Source: Candidatus Thorarchaeota archaeon (GTDB lineage Archaea > Asgardarchaeota > Thorarchaeia > Thorarchaeales > Thorarchaeaceae). From it: 55,579 nt of DNA. The translations under genes were made by a program, and so were the position numbers. Under the pieces are notes generated by a model. It searched no databases. It worked only from the letters and a program-made list of their open reading frames with translations, and was not told the DNA's origin. This document shows, piece by piece, positions 37,215-47,462 of the stretch; the first letter of the stretch is position 1; every line of letters starts with the position of its first letter. The DNA lies in assembly GCA_029858305.1 (NCBI GenBank), contig JAOUFI010000008.1, forward strand, positions 1-55,579, read 5' to 3'.

Positions 37215-37910
37215 CTAGAGTAAAGTCTGCTCTATTGGCATTGTCTTCCCCGATGTATAGAGGGTGGGTGTACTACCAATGATTGTCACACCTATCCCGC
37301 CTAGATATGATTCTCTATCTTCTAATGTTAGAGCCCTATCAAAGAAGGTCCTTTTTGCAGACATCAATGATAGATCGTGAGTCACATGAATGTGAAGCTG
37401 TGGCTCATCAACAGAGAGCAACCGCTTCAGTGTATCATCCATTAGTCTGACCTTAAAATCATCAAATGACTCAATTCCTTCAAATTTCCCTTCTGCCCAT
37501 CTGTTCACAAAATCAGTCACATTCTCTCCATTGGGATTGAGATTCTTCCATACATCTGATTCTGTATATTCAGGTCTCACAAGTGTAGGAAGTGGGTCCA
37601 TATCGATGATCTCTCCGCCTTGTTCTGAGAATCCCTCTGCTATTGCCTCAGCAGTCTGATAGCATCGTGGCACGATGCTGAAGAAGATGTGAGCACGCCT
37701 AGCGACTGGTAATCTCCTTCCCATCTCTATTGAGAATTGCTTTCCTAATGTTGTGAGACCTCCACTAAGCATGTCTTGGTGATCTCTCAGGACATCTCTA
37801 TGCGAGTGCCTGATCAGAAGCATGAGAGGTCGGTTCATATCTTGTCTGATTGCCCAATCAACTAGATTTCTCGCACTAGCTGTCCATTCTACCTTATCCC
37901 AGTTGTTCAT
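37215..37910 (-). CDS. Histidine phosphatase family protein
   Basis: LLIRHSHR, LTTLG, SIVPRCYQTA, VTHD. Confidence 0.85.
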   Translation of the reverse strand: MNNWDKVEWTASARNLVDWAIRQDMNRPLMLLIRHSHRDVLRDHQDMLSGGLTTLGKQFSIEMGRRLPVARRAHIFFSIVPRCYQTAEAIAEGFSEQGGEIIDMDPLPTLVRPEYTESDVWKNLNPNGENVTDFVNRWAEGKFEGIESFDDFKVRLMDDTLKRLLSVDEPQLHIHVTHDLSLMSAKRTFFDRALTLEDRESYLGGIGVTIIGSTPTLYTSGKTMPIEQTLL

Positions 37911-38000
37911 CGCCCTTGGAAAATGAACAAGCCATCATATAGGTTTCCCCTATTGCACGTTTTCCGATTTTGAATACTCTCAGGTGCTAAAAAATGGAGA

Positions 38001-38231
38001 TTACTTACTATCATAAAGGTCTCTTCGATACTGCACCTTGTAGCCATCGGATGAAACGCGCACCCTTGCCTCGAGCTTGAACACCTCGCAAAAGCGAAGT
38101 GCCTTTGACAGATCATTCAAGTTATCGGTTCCGTCAAGCAGAGTTGCCCACTCGTTCTTAGTGTAACCTATTGCGTTATCTACAGCTTGTATCTTTTGTC
38201 TACAGTAGCCGTCTGGGCAGTCAGTGGTCAT
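38001..38231 (-). CDS. Small protein, possibly TusA/SirA-like fold
   Basis: 76 aa from MTTDCPDGYC; N-terminal CP, internal RFC, terminal beta hairpin GYKVQYRR. Confidence 0.4.
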   Translation of the reverse strand: MTTDCPDGYCRQKIQAVDNAIGYTKNEWATLLDGTDNLNDLSKALRFCEVFKLEARVRVSSDGYKVQYRRDLYDSK

Positions 38232-38364
38232 CAAATCTATGCTCCAATGTACAAGATGTTTCCCGGCCGAGTTGCCTGCGCAGAATTCAATGCCAATATA
38301 GTAGTTTCGGTTAGTAATTTGGTGCATACACACGGAATGTTGAGATTTAATTGAAAAGTGAAAA

Positions 38365-39285
38365 TTACTTCTTTGATTCAATCTCACTAATCATGTTTCT
38401 AAGGTAACGTTCACCAAGCCACTGGAACTTTAACTCTGAGTACCGTAAGAGGGGTGAAGCTGACTTGATGAAGTGAGCCCTCTTCATGCTACGTTGGAGT
38501 TGTTCAACATCTCTGAGATTATCAACAACAAATTCCACAAAAACATCTGGGGATGCTGCAGAAAAATGGGTGTCCCAGTATTTCAAGGGATACGAATCCT
38601 TAAGCCATTTTACAAGTTCATCAGCTTTTATTAATCTCTCATCATAGGTTGTCTTCATCAAGAACTGAATGTAGTCGCTTACATTCAAATTCCATCGCAC
38701 AGCTGTCCATATACTGTCAGTTTCTAGGAAATGGTCTAAGATTTTTCGAACACGTCGAGAAGTGAATCCAACCTGTTTCGCAATTTCGCTAATGGGCAGA
38801 CGTGCATCTTCGGTCAGGACTTTGAGCACTCTTAGATCCGCCTTGGTCAGTTGAATTTTTCCTCCTCTCTTGTACAAGATTGGGTATGCATCGACCTTAG
38901 TCACTTCTTTATTATTTCGAAGGAAGGAGGTTATCCTGTTTAGTCCTTCAGACCTGATGTACTGAACAAGGACAGTATACACATTGCCGTCAACACATGC
39001 GCCTAATCCGACAAGAACGACCATTGGATTCTGACCAAGTCTTGATATAAACTCCTCAGTATCCTCCATGCCATCAGTATATGTCAAAGCGAACATAACA
39101 TCTGAATCAATCATCTCCAAACTGGGCATGACCACAAAGCTATCGATTACACCAATTTCAATCATCCTTTGGATTCGTCCTCGGACTGCATTTGCTGTCA
39201 ATTCAAACTTATCTGCAATAGTTTGATATGACATCCTGCAGTTCTGGTGGAGTTCCCAAATAATTCCTCGGTCAATCGTGTCCAC
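38365..39285 (-). CDS. Lrp/AsnC-family regulator with two wHTH-RAM modules
   Basis: MDTIDRGIIWELHQNCRMSY..IA and LTKADLRVLKVLTEDARLPISEIA. Confidence 0.9.
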   Translation of the reverse strand: MDTIDRGIIWELHQNCRMSYQTIADKFELTANAVRGRIQRMIEIGVIDSFVVMPSLEMIDSDVMFALTYTDGMEDTEEFISRLGQNPMVVLVGLGACVDGNVYTVLVQYIRSEGLNRITSFLRNNKEVTKVDAYPILYKRGGKIQLTKADLRVLKVLTEDARLPISEIAKQVGFTSRRVRKILDHFLETDSIWTAVRWNLNVSDYIQFLMKTTYDERLIKADELVKWLKDSYPLKYWDTHFSAASPDVFVEFVVDNLRDVEQLQRSMKRAHFIKSASPLLRYSELKFQWLGERYLRNMISEIESKK

Positions 39286-39650
39286 TTGACATCAACCAAT
39301 CCGTGTCATCGTTGAAATGTAATTTTCAGAATGATTCTTTTTTAGAAGAAACCCGCTTTTTTCAGTTTCCTTTCTTTGGTGCATGTCTATCTAGTACTTG
39401 AATGATTTATCTCGGAACGACCGAGCTTCAGAGATTAATAGAGGATAAATTTCCACAAAGTTATCGATGGTACTGCCTGACTTAGTTTCGACCATCTCTC
39501 TGAGTTGTTTGAGTTCGTTGGGAAGTACTGACCGGGGCAAGAAAATCCTTGTATCAGTACCAATCACGAGGTCTGTTGAGGCTTGGCAGGTACCACAAAG
39601 GTTACTTATGGTCAGGCGCGTGCCTTGTAGACGGATAGAGGCTTGAGCAG

Positions 39651-41633
39651 ATGAGTGAGTTCAAACTAGAAGCCCCTTTCAAGCCAACCGGGGATCAACC
39701 ACAGGCGATTGCAAAGCTAGTGGAGGGACTAGAGAGTGGACTCAGACATCAAACGCTACTTGGAGTTACGGGTTCTGGCAAGACATTCAGCATGGCTAAT
39801 GTAATCGAGGCTGTACAGAAACCCACTCTAGTCATCTCCCACAACAAAACTTTAGCAGCTCAGCTTGCCTCAGAATACAAGCAGTTCTTCCCTTCGAATG
39901 CTGTTGAGTATTTTGTTTCATATTACGATTACTATCAACCAGAGGCATATGTTCCTTCTAAGGACATGTACATAGAGAAAGAGGCTGACATTAATGCTGA
40001 GATTGAGCGACTCCGTCACTCTACAACGCACTCAGTCAGGTCTCGTAATGATGTTATTGTGGTCGCCTCTGTTTCTTGTATATATGGTGTTGGTGATCCC
40101 AGTGAGTATGATTACTTCCGGATGTTTATTGAACGAGGAAAACAAGTCGATAGAAGAGAGATACTCGAACGCCTTGTAGCCATGCAGTATGAGCGAAATG
40201 ACATGGACATTAAACCTGGAGTATTCAGAGTACGTGGTGATGTCATTGATGTATACCCCTCTGGATCTGAGAACAGCATCCGTATTGAGCTTGATGGCGA
40301 CAAAATCGACAGACTCACCATTCTTGAGCGTCTCACTGCTAGAAAACTGGGTAGTCCAGACTGGTTCGAACTCTACCCTGCACGTCATCATGTTGCACGT
40401 TACGACAAGATAGTTGAAGTGCTAGATGCGATTGAGCAGGAGATGCATGAGCAAGTCGATTGGTTCAAGAAGGAGGGCAAGCTTGTAGAGGCTGACCGCC
40501 TCAAACGCCGCACTATGTTCGATCTAGAGATGCTTAGAGAAACCGGAATGTGTCAGGGAATTGAGAACTATTCTCGATGGATTGATGGTCGTGATGAGGG
40601 TGTGAAACCCTATACCCTATTGGATTATTTCCCTGATGACTTTCTCATGATCATAGATGAGAGCCACATGACAATTCCTCAAGTTCGTGGGATGTACCAT
40701 GGTGACCTATCTCGTAAGAAAAACTTGGTAGACTATGGATTCAGACTACCCTCTGCAATGGACAACCGTCCTTTGAAGTTCCATGAGTTCGAGAAGTACA
40801 TGAAGAAAGTCATCTATACAAGTGCAACTCCTGGTCCATATGAACATAAGTTAAGCCAGCAGATAGTTGAACAGCTTGTCAGGCCGACCGGCCTCTTGGA
40901 CCCTGAGATTATTGTCAGACCGGTAGTTGGTCAGGTAGATCATCTCCTTGGTGAAATCAGGAAGACCATAGCCCTTGGAGACCGTACACTCGTCACAACA
41001 CTCACGAAAAAGACAGCTGAGATGCTGAGCGAGTACCTCGTTGAAGCTGGAGTAAAGGCGCGATACCTACACTCTGATATCGGTACAGTAGAACGTATAG
41101 AGATTATACGTCAACTTCGTCAGGGAAAGTTCGATGTCTTGGTTGGCATTAACCTTCTCAGAGAGGGACTTGACCTTCCAGAGGTGTCCTTTGTGGCGAT
41201 TCTTGATGCTGACAAGGAAGGATTTCTACGTACAGACTGGGCACTCATTCAGACAATGGGTCGAGCTGCAAGAAGTGCTAATGGTCGTGTTGTGCTATAT
41301 GGTGATCATGTGTCTGACGCCATGCAGACTGCTATTGATGAGACCAATCGAAGGCGACGATATCAGATAAAATACAACGAGGAACATGGCATACAACCCA
41401 CATCAATTGTCAAGGACATTCGGGATATCGCGGAGGGTATTGTCAAGCTTGAGAAAGAAGTTCAGACGAAGATTGAGGACTTTGATCCCTTCGAGATTGA
41501 TGAGCTTGCTGACTACATTATTGACCTTGAGGAAAAGATGAAGGAGGCTGCACGTAACCTTGAGTTTGAAAGGGCAGCTAAGTTGCGAGACCAAATTGCA
41601 GGACTACGACAGAAAATAGAGGGAGCTCAATAG
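39651..41633 (+). CDS. uvrB: Excinuclease ABC subunit B
   Basis: LLGVTGSGKT, YYDYYQPEAY beta-hairpin, IDESH, GINLLREGLDLPEV, C-terminal UVR coiled coil. Confidence 0.98.
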   Translation: MSEFKLEAPFKPTGDQPQAIAKLVEGLESGLRHQTLLGVTGSGKTFSMANVIEAVQKPTLVISHNKTLAAQLASEYKQFFPSNAVEYFVSYYDYYQPEAYVPSKDMYIEKEADINAEIERLRHSTTHSVRSRNDVIVVASVSCIYGVGDPSEYDYFRMFIERGKQVDRREILERLVAMQYERNDMDIKPGVFRVRGDVIDVYPSGSENSIRIELDGDKIDRLTILERLTARKLGSPDWFELYPARHHVARYDKIVEVLDAIEQEMHEQVDWFKKEGKLVEADRLKRRTMFDLEMLRETGMCQGIENYSRWIDGRDEGVKPYTLLDYFPDDFLMIIDESHMTIPQVRGMYHGDLSRKKNLVDYGFRLPSAMDNRPLKFHEFEKYMKKVIYTSATPGPYEHKLSQQIVEQLVRPTGLLDPEIIVRPVVGQVDHLLGEIRKTIALGDRTLVTTLTKKTAEMLSEYLVEAGVKARYLHSDIGTVERIEIIRQLRQGKFDVLVGINLLREGLDLPEVSFVAILDADKEGFLRTDWALIQTMGRAARSANGRVVLYGDHVSDAMQTAIDETNRRRRYQIKYNEEHGIQPTSIVKDIRDIAEGIVKLEKEVQTKIEDFDPFEIDELADYIIDLEEKMKEAARNLEFERAAKLRDQIAGLRQKIEGAQ

Positions 41634-44581
41634 TGACAACAGCGGAGAAGAATAAGAACACTGGTAGCCTTGAGGCCGAAGCAGATGGTCCTAGGTCCAT
41701 AGTGGTCATCGGAGCCGCTGAGCACAATCTGAAGCATATTGATGTCACTATCCCCAAGAATACATTGACTGTGGTGACCGGTCTCTCCGGATCAGGGAAG
41801 AGTTCCTTGGTCTTCGACACTATCTACAGCGAGGGTCAGAGACGGTTCATCGAGTCACTATCACCCTATGCTCGTCAATTCCTTGGAATGCTTGAAAAAC
41901 CAAAAGTTGACTTAATGACAGGTCTCTCACCATCAATATCTATCGACCAGAAGAGTGTGAGTAGGAATCCCAGAAGTTCAGTTGGTACAATCACAGAAAT
42001 TTACGACTATCTCAGACTTCTCTATGCAAGGGTGGGGGAACCTCACTGTCCACAGTGTAGGAAGAAGATTGAGCCTCAGACATCACAGCAGATTGTCGAC
42101 CATGTACTAAACCTGAAGGAAGGCTCACGCATCATGGTTCTGGCTCCCATTGTCCGCGGCAGAAAGGGAGAGTATAGGAAGGAGTTCAGAGACCTTCTCA
42201 AGAAGGGATTTGTTCGAGCACGTGTCGATGGGAAGCTCACTGAATTAGAAGATGGAATGTCACTTGATAGGTACTTTGAGCACACAATTGAGGTCGTCAT
42301 TGATAGGCTTGCAGTGAAGGAGGCTGACAGAGCTCGCGTTTCTGAGGCTGTGGAGACCGCCCTCAATATGGCTGAGCGGGTTGTTACAATTGTCACTCCA
42401 GATGGCGATATCACTCTCTCAGAGCAGTTTGCATGTGTGGACTGTGGCATCAGTCTTCCAGAGATGGAGCCGCGTATCTTTAGCTGGAACACACCTCAGG
42501 GGGCATGTCCTCACTGTACAGGTATTGGAGTCATCCGAGAGTTCGACCCTGATCTATTCATCACGGATCCGAATCGCTCATTGAATACAGGTCTGTTCGA
42601 GATAGACCAGTGGAAAACCAAGCGTAACTTCACAAAGAGGATTGTTGAGAGTTATGGATTCACCATGGACACTCCGTGGAAAGACATGACTAAGAAGCAG
42701 AGGGATCTCCTGTTGTATGGTTCTGGAAGCAAGAGGTTTGAGGCTACCTGGGAGAGTGATAATCCTGAGTTCGAGGTCCAGTGGAAGGGTACCTTCCAGA
42801 GACCATTCGAGGGATGGGTAGAACGGGCAAAGCGCCTCTACAAGACCACTAAGTCCGACTATGGAAGAAGAATTCTAGAGAAGCACATGTCCTCACAACC
42901 ATGCCCAGTCTGCAATGGAACTCGACTAAGACCAGAATCACTAGCTGTTACTTTCAATGATAAATCAATCACCGATGTCAACGGTCTGTCGATCAAGGCT
43001 CTCCGAGAGTTCTTTGAGAATGCGAAAGTTGAGCCAAGACTCAAACCAGTAGCTGAGCCTATCCTTCGTGAGATCATGGGACGCATTGGATTTCTAGAGG
43101 ATGTCGGGCTTGAGTACCTCACCCTCGATAGGTCCGCGCCTAGTCTTGCTGGGGGTGAGGCACAGCGAATACGTCTGGCAAGTCAGATTGGGTCGAATCT
43201 GGTCGGAGTCACCTACGTATGCGATGAACCCAGTATCGGACTTCATAGTCGTGATAACATTCGACTTCTGAAGTCCCTACTTCGGCTCAGAGACCTCGGG
43301 AATAATGTTCTCGTAGTCGAGCATGATGAGGAGACCATTCGCACAGCGGACTATATTGTTGACCTAGGAATCGGTGCAGGCTCCGAAGGCGGCGAGGTTG
43401 TTGTTGCTGGGACTCTCGATGATGTACTGAAGTCAAAGAAGTCTATCACTGGGAAGTATCTTAGGGGCGATGAAAAGATACCTGTCCCTGAGCACCGAAG
43501 ACAGCCTAATGGCCGGTTCATTGAACTCAGAGGGTGCAAGCACAACAATCTGAAGAATCTGAATATACGAATCCCTCTTGGGATGTTCGTTAGTGTTACT
43601 GGAGTTTCAGGATCTGGAAAATCTTCATTGATTGTAGAGACCCTTCAGAGAGAACTTGCACGACGATTCCATAATGCGGAATCTAAACCTGGGAAGTTTG
43701 ATGAGATTGTGGGTGTCGAGCAGCTAGACAAGGTCATAGTCATTGACCAGAGCCCCATTGGAAGAACACCCAGGAGCAATCCTGCGACATATGTAGGTCT
43801 ATGGTCTCCGTTGAGAGATCTCTTCTCCGGTCTTTCTGAGTCTCAGATTCGAGGTTATAAGCCTGGTCGATTTAGTTTCAATGTTAAGGGTGGTCGCTGT
43901 GAAACATGCAAAGGTGCAGGCGTAGAAGTCATTGAGATGCAGTTCCTCCCTCCTGTACAGGTCACCTGCAGCGAATGTAAGGGCAGGCGGTACAACAGGG
44001 AGACTCTTCAGGTACGATTCAAGGGGAAGAACATTGCAGATATTCTTGACATGCGCATAGATGAGGCTGTGCAGTTCTTTGAGGGTATACCATCAGTTCA
44101 CCGACGTCTTGAGACCTTATGCGAGGTAGGCATGGGATATGTTAAGTTGGGCCAGCCTGCGACAACCTTGTCAGGTGGTGAAGCACAGCGCATCAAGCTG
44201 AGCAAGTACCTCTCACGACCTGCAACGGGTCAGACATTAATCCTGCTAGATGAGCCTACAACTGGATTGCACTTTGCGGACATCAAAAAGCTACTTGAAG
44301 TTCTCCATCGACTAGTCGACTTGGGGAACACTGTTCTCGTTATTGAACATCAATTGGATGTTGTGAAGACTGCGGATTGGGTAATAGACCTCGGTCCTGA
44401 AGGCGGTGATGATGGAGGTTTCCTTGTTGCAGAGGGAACTCCTGAGGATATAGTTGCTTGCAAGGACTCATACACAGGTCAGTATCTTCGGACTCTTCTA
44501 GAGCCTGAAGATTCAAAGAAAGCATCTTCTGTTAAACAAATGGCTGTAGCTATGTCGGAGAAGGGGGGTTCTACGAAATGA
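41633..44581 (+). CDS. uvrA: Excinuclease ABC subunit A, copy 1
   Basis: GLSGSGKSS, EGQRR, Zn fingers, LAGGEAQRI, GVSGSGKSS, IGRTPRSNPATY, LSGGEAQR, DEPTTGLH. Confidence 0.97.
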   Translation: MTTAEKNKNTGSLEAEADGPRSIVVIGAAEHNLKHIDVTIPKNTLTVVTGLSGSGKSSLVFDTIYSEGQRRFIESLSPYARQFLGMLEKPKVDLMTGLSPSISIDQKSVSRNPRSSVGTITEIYDYLRLLYARVGEPHCPQCRKKIEPQTSQQIVDHVLNLKEGSRIMVLAPIVRGRKGEYRKEFRDLLKKGFVRARVDGKLTELEDGMSLDRYFEHTIEVVIDRLAVKEADRARVSEAVETALNMAERVVTIVTPDGDITLSEQFACVDCGISLPEMEPRIFSWNTPQGACPHCTGIGVIREFDPDLFITDPNRSLNTGLFEIDQWKTKRNFTKRIVESYGFTMDTPWKDMTKKQRDLLLYGSGSKRFEATWESDNPEFEVQWKGTFQRPFEGWVERAKRLYKTTKSDYGRRILEKHMSSQPCPVCNGTRLRPESLAVTFNDKSITDVNGLSIKALREFFENAKVEPRLKPVAEPILREIMGRIGFLEDVGLEYLTLDRSAPSLAGGEAQRIRLASQIGSNLVGVTYVCDEPSIGLHSRDNIRLLKSLLRLRDLGNNVLVVEHDEETIRTADYIVDLGIGAGSEGGEVVVAGTLDDVLKSKKSITGKYLRGDEKIPVPEHRRQPNGRFIELRGCKHNNLKNLNIRIPLGMFVSVTGVSGSGKSSLIVETLQRELARRFHNAESKPGKFDEIVGVEQLDKVIVIDQSPIGRTPRSNPATYVGLWSPLRDLFSGLSESQIRGYKPGRFSFNVKGGRCETCKGAGVEVIEMQFLPPVQVTCSECKGRRYNRETLQVRFKGKNIADILDMRIDEAVQFFEGIPSVHRRLETLCEVGMGYVKLGQPATTLSGGEAQRIKLSKYLSRPATGQTLILLDEPTTGLHFADIKKLLEVLHRLVDLGNTVLVIEHQLDVVKTADWVIDLGPEGGDDGGFLVAEGTPEDIVACKDSYTGQYLRTLLEPEDSKKASSVKQMAVAMSEKGGSTK

Positions 44582-47412
44582 CTGGCTATATCCAAGTCCG
44601 GAAGGCTGAGGAACACAACCTCAAGTCAATTGATGTGGACATACCTAGGGACCGCCTTGTGGTAGTAACAGGTCCTAGTGGATCCGGAAAATCGACTCTG
44701 GTCCTGGATACAATCTTTGCAGAAGGACAGCGACGCTATGTCGAGAGTCTCAGCTCCTATGCGCGCAGATTTCTGGGTAGATTGGATAAACCAAAGGTTG
44801 AGAAGATTACAGGTCTTCCTCCTGCAATCTCCATTGAACAGAAGGGGCGTACAAAGAATCCTCGATCAACGGTTTCAACAAGCACCGAGATACATGACTA
44901 TCTCAGACTTCTCTATGCGAATATCGGAGTCGCCCACTGTGTAAAATGTGGTCTTCCAATGGAGCAACTGACTGCTGAGTCTGCGGCACGACTTCTCCTC
45001 GATGAAAACGGTGGACAGCGAATCCATATCTTAGCGCCTGTTGTCTGCGGAGAGGTCGGAAAGCATGAGGAATGCCTAGAGGGTCTTCACAAGAATGGTT
45101 TTGTCAGAGTCCGCGTCGATGGAGAAGTAATAGACATAGACCAGGTCGATCTTGATGCCAGGAAGAAGCATGACATTGAGGTCGTCATAGACAGGCTTGA
45201 GCTAAACCAGAAGAATCGTGAACGACTGATTGGTTCCCTAGAGACCGCCCTCGAGACTGGCGATGGTAGGGCAATAGTTGCGCGAGAGGGAATTGATGAT
45301 CTTACCTTCGCTGAGCAGTTGATGTGTCCGAAATGCGGGATACAATATGAGAAGCTAGGTCCGAAGGCATTCTCATACAATAGACCTGATGGTGCATGTC
45401 CAGTCTGCAATGGTCTTGGCGTGACAATGTCAATAGACTCTGAACTCATGATTCCAGATAGGAACATGACAATCCATGAGATAAGTCGGTATCTCAATGC
45501 AGGTGAGCGTACCTGGTGGAATGACAGACTTATTGCCTTGGGAAAGATAATCGGATTCAGTCTCGAGACCCCCTTCAGCGAGCTTAACGAGTCTCAGGTT
45601 GAGACTCTGATGTGGGGTCGTCCAGAATACACACTCCACTATATTCAGCAGGGCGAAACATCGACATGGGAAATTACTAGGAAATGGTATGGTCTCGTTC
45701 CTTGGCTTGAGAAAATGTTTGATCGAGGAAAAGCTAGCGAAAAGATGTACTACCGCTGGTGGGCCCAACGTATTGCAAACGAGTTCTCTCGAAAGACCAC
45801 TTGTGAAGCCTGCGGTGGAAGAAAGCTCAAGCCAGAAAGTCTTGCAGTAACTGTGGCAGGGAAGCCTATCGATGAGATTACTTCAATGACTATTGAAGGT
45901 GCAGCCGAGTTCTTCAAGAGCATCCCACTCACTGAAAGAGAGTTCAAGATAGCAGAGCTTGTTCTCAAAGAGATACGAGCGCGTCTCAACTTCCTCCTTG
46001 CAGTTGGCCTTGATTATCTTAGCCTTGATAGAGCATCCATGACCCTTTCTGGGGGTGAGAGTCAGAGAATCCGTTTGGCAACCCAGATTGGCTCTGCGCT
46101 CACTGGAGTACTTTATTGTCTAGATGAACCCAGTATTGGCCTTCACCCTCGAGATATTGGCAAGCTCATTGATACCTTTTACCACCTGAGGTCTCTTGGA
46201 AACACTGTTGTTGTTATCGAGCATGATCGAGATACGATTACGGCGGCTGATTATTTGATAGACCTCGGACCGCTTGCTGGTGTAAATGGTGGTCAACTAG
46301 TGGCGGAAGGTCCTCCTGCGAAAGTGCTTGCTGATTCCAAGTCCTTGACGGCTCAATACCTTGCAGGAAAGAAACGGATACCGATACCTGTAGAGAGAAG
46401 GATTGGCAATGGGCAAAAGATAACAATCCATGGGGCTCGAGCTAATAATCTCAAGAATATTGATGTTGACTTCCCACTTGGTGAACTCATCTGTGTGACA
46501 GGCGTATCAGGCGCTGGCAAGAGCTCTCTAACTCACGAGATACTCTACAAGGCTTTGGCTCAGAAAGTGAACAAGGCAAGTACTGTTCCAGGACCCTATG
46601 ACTCAATTGAGGGAATAGAGCACATTGATCGGATGATTCTTGTCGACCAGTCTCCCATAGGGAGGACTCCCCGTAGCAATCCTGCGACCTATACAAAGAC
46701 ATTCGGAGAGATTCGTAATCTATTCGCATTGATGCCTGAGGCAAAGGCACGAGGATTTGGTCCAGGTCGTTTTAGCTTCAACACTCGAGATGGGAGATGT
46801 GAGAAGTGCAAGGGCAGTGGTGTTCTCCAGGTCGAGATGCATTTTATGTCTGATGTCTTTATGACCTGTGATGTATGCAAGGGCAATAGATTCGATAGAG
46901 AGACCCTTGAGGTCAAATATAAGGGAAAGAATATCACACAGGTTCTTGCCTTGACAATCGATGAGGCACTTGAGTTCTTTGCTGATATTCCCAAAATCGC
47001 TGAGAAACTCGGAACCCTGGTTGATGTTGGTCTTGGCTATCTTCAGCTCGGACAACCAGCAACAACTCTCAGCGGAGGTGAAGCTCAGCGCATGAAGCTG
47101 GCTGCTGAACTATCGCGCAAATCCACAGGGAACACGTTCTACTTAATGGATGAGCCCACGACTGGCCTTTCTGCATCGGACGTGCATGTCCTTCTTGGCG
47201 TTGTGAACCGCCTTGTTGATGCTGGGAACACCGTGGTGATTGTTGAACACAATCTGGAAGTCGTAAAGACTGCTGATTTTGTCATAGACCTCGGTCCAGA
47301 TGGCGGTGATGGTGGTGGCGAAGTCGTCGCAGTAGGAACACCAGAAAATGTGACGAAGGTGAAGAGATCGTACACTGGGAAACATCTGAAGTCTGTTCTT
47401 GCTTTATCCTAA
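44578..47412 (+). CDS. uvrA: Excinuclease ABC subunit A, copy 2
   Basis: GPSGSGKST, EGQRRY, LSGGESQRI, GVSGAGKSS, IGRTPRSNPATY; ATGA overlap with copy 1. Confidence 0.95.
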   Translation: MTGYIQVRKAEEHNLKSIDVDIPRDRLVVVTGPSGSGKSTLVLDTIFAEGQRRYVESLSSYARRFLGRLDKPKVEKITGLPPAISIEQKGRTKNPRSTVSTSTEIHDYLRLLYANIGVAHCVKCGLPMEQLTAESAARLLLDENGGQRIHILAPVVCGEVGKHEECLEGLHKNGFVRVRVDGEVIDIDQVDLDARKKHDIEVVIDRLELNQKNRERLIGSLETALETGDGRAIVAREGIDDLTFAEQLMCPKCGIQYEKLGPKAFSYNRPDGACPVCNGLGVTMSIDSELMIPDRNMTIHEISRYLNAGERTWWNDRLIALGKIIGFSLETPFSELNESQVETLMWGRPEYTLHYIQQGETSTWEITRKWYGLVPWLEKMFDRGKASEKMYYRWWAQRIANEFSRKTTCEACGGRKLKPESLAVTVAGKPIDEITSMTIEGAAEFFKSIPLTEREFKIAELVLKEIRARLNFLLAVGLDYLSLDRASMTLSGGESQRIRLATQIGSALTGVLYCLDEPSIGLHPRDIGKLIDTFYHLRSLGNTVVVIEHDRDTITAADYLIDLGPLAGVNGGQLVAEGPPAKVLADSKSLTAQYLAGKKRIPIPVERRIGNGQKITIHGARANNLKNIDVDFPLGELICVTGVSGAGKSSLTHEILYKALAQKVNKASTVPGPYDSIEGIEHIDRMILVDQSPIGRTPRSNPATYTKTFGEIRNLFALMPEAKARGFGPGRFSFNTRDGRCEKCKGSGVLQVEMHFMSDVFMTCDVCKGNRFDRETLEVKYKGKNITQVLALTIDEALEFFADIPKIAEKLGTLVDVGLGYLQLGQPATTLSGGEAQRMKLAAELSRKSTGNTFYLMDEPTTGLSASDVHVLLGVVNRLVDAGNTVVIVEHNLEVVKTADFVIDLGPDGGDGGGEVVAVGTPENVTKVKRSYTGKHLKSVLALS

Positions 47413-47462
47413 GACTGTTCAAGACAACCCGTAGCATGCACCGTCTATCATCTTAATCATCA

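Noticed and set aside
41633-47412. Assembly duplication or a frameshifted single fused uvrA
   Set aside because: The copies are clearly divergent in sequence, each has complete N- and C-termini, and they are joined by an ordinary ATGA overlap preceded by a purine-rich SD-like tract
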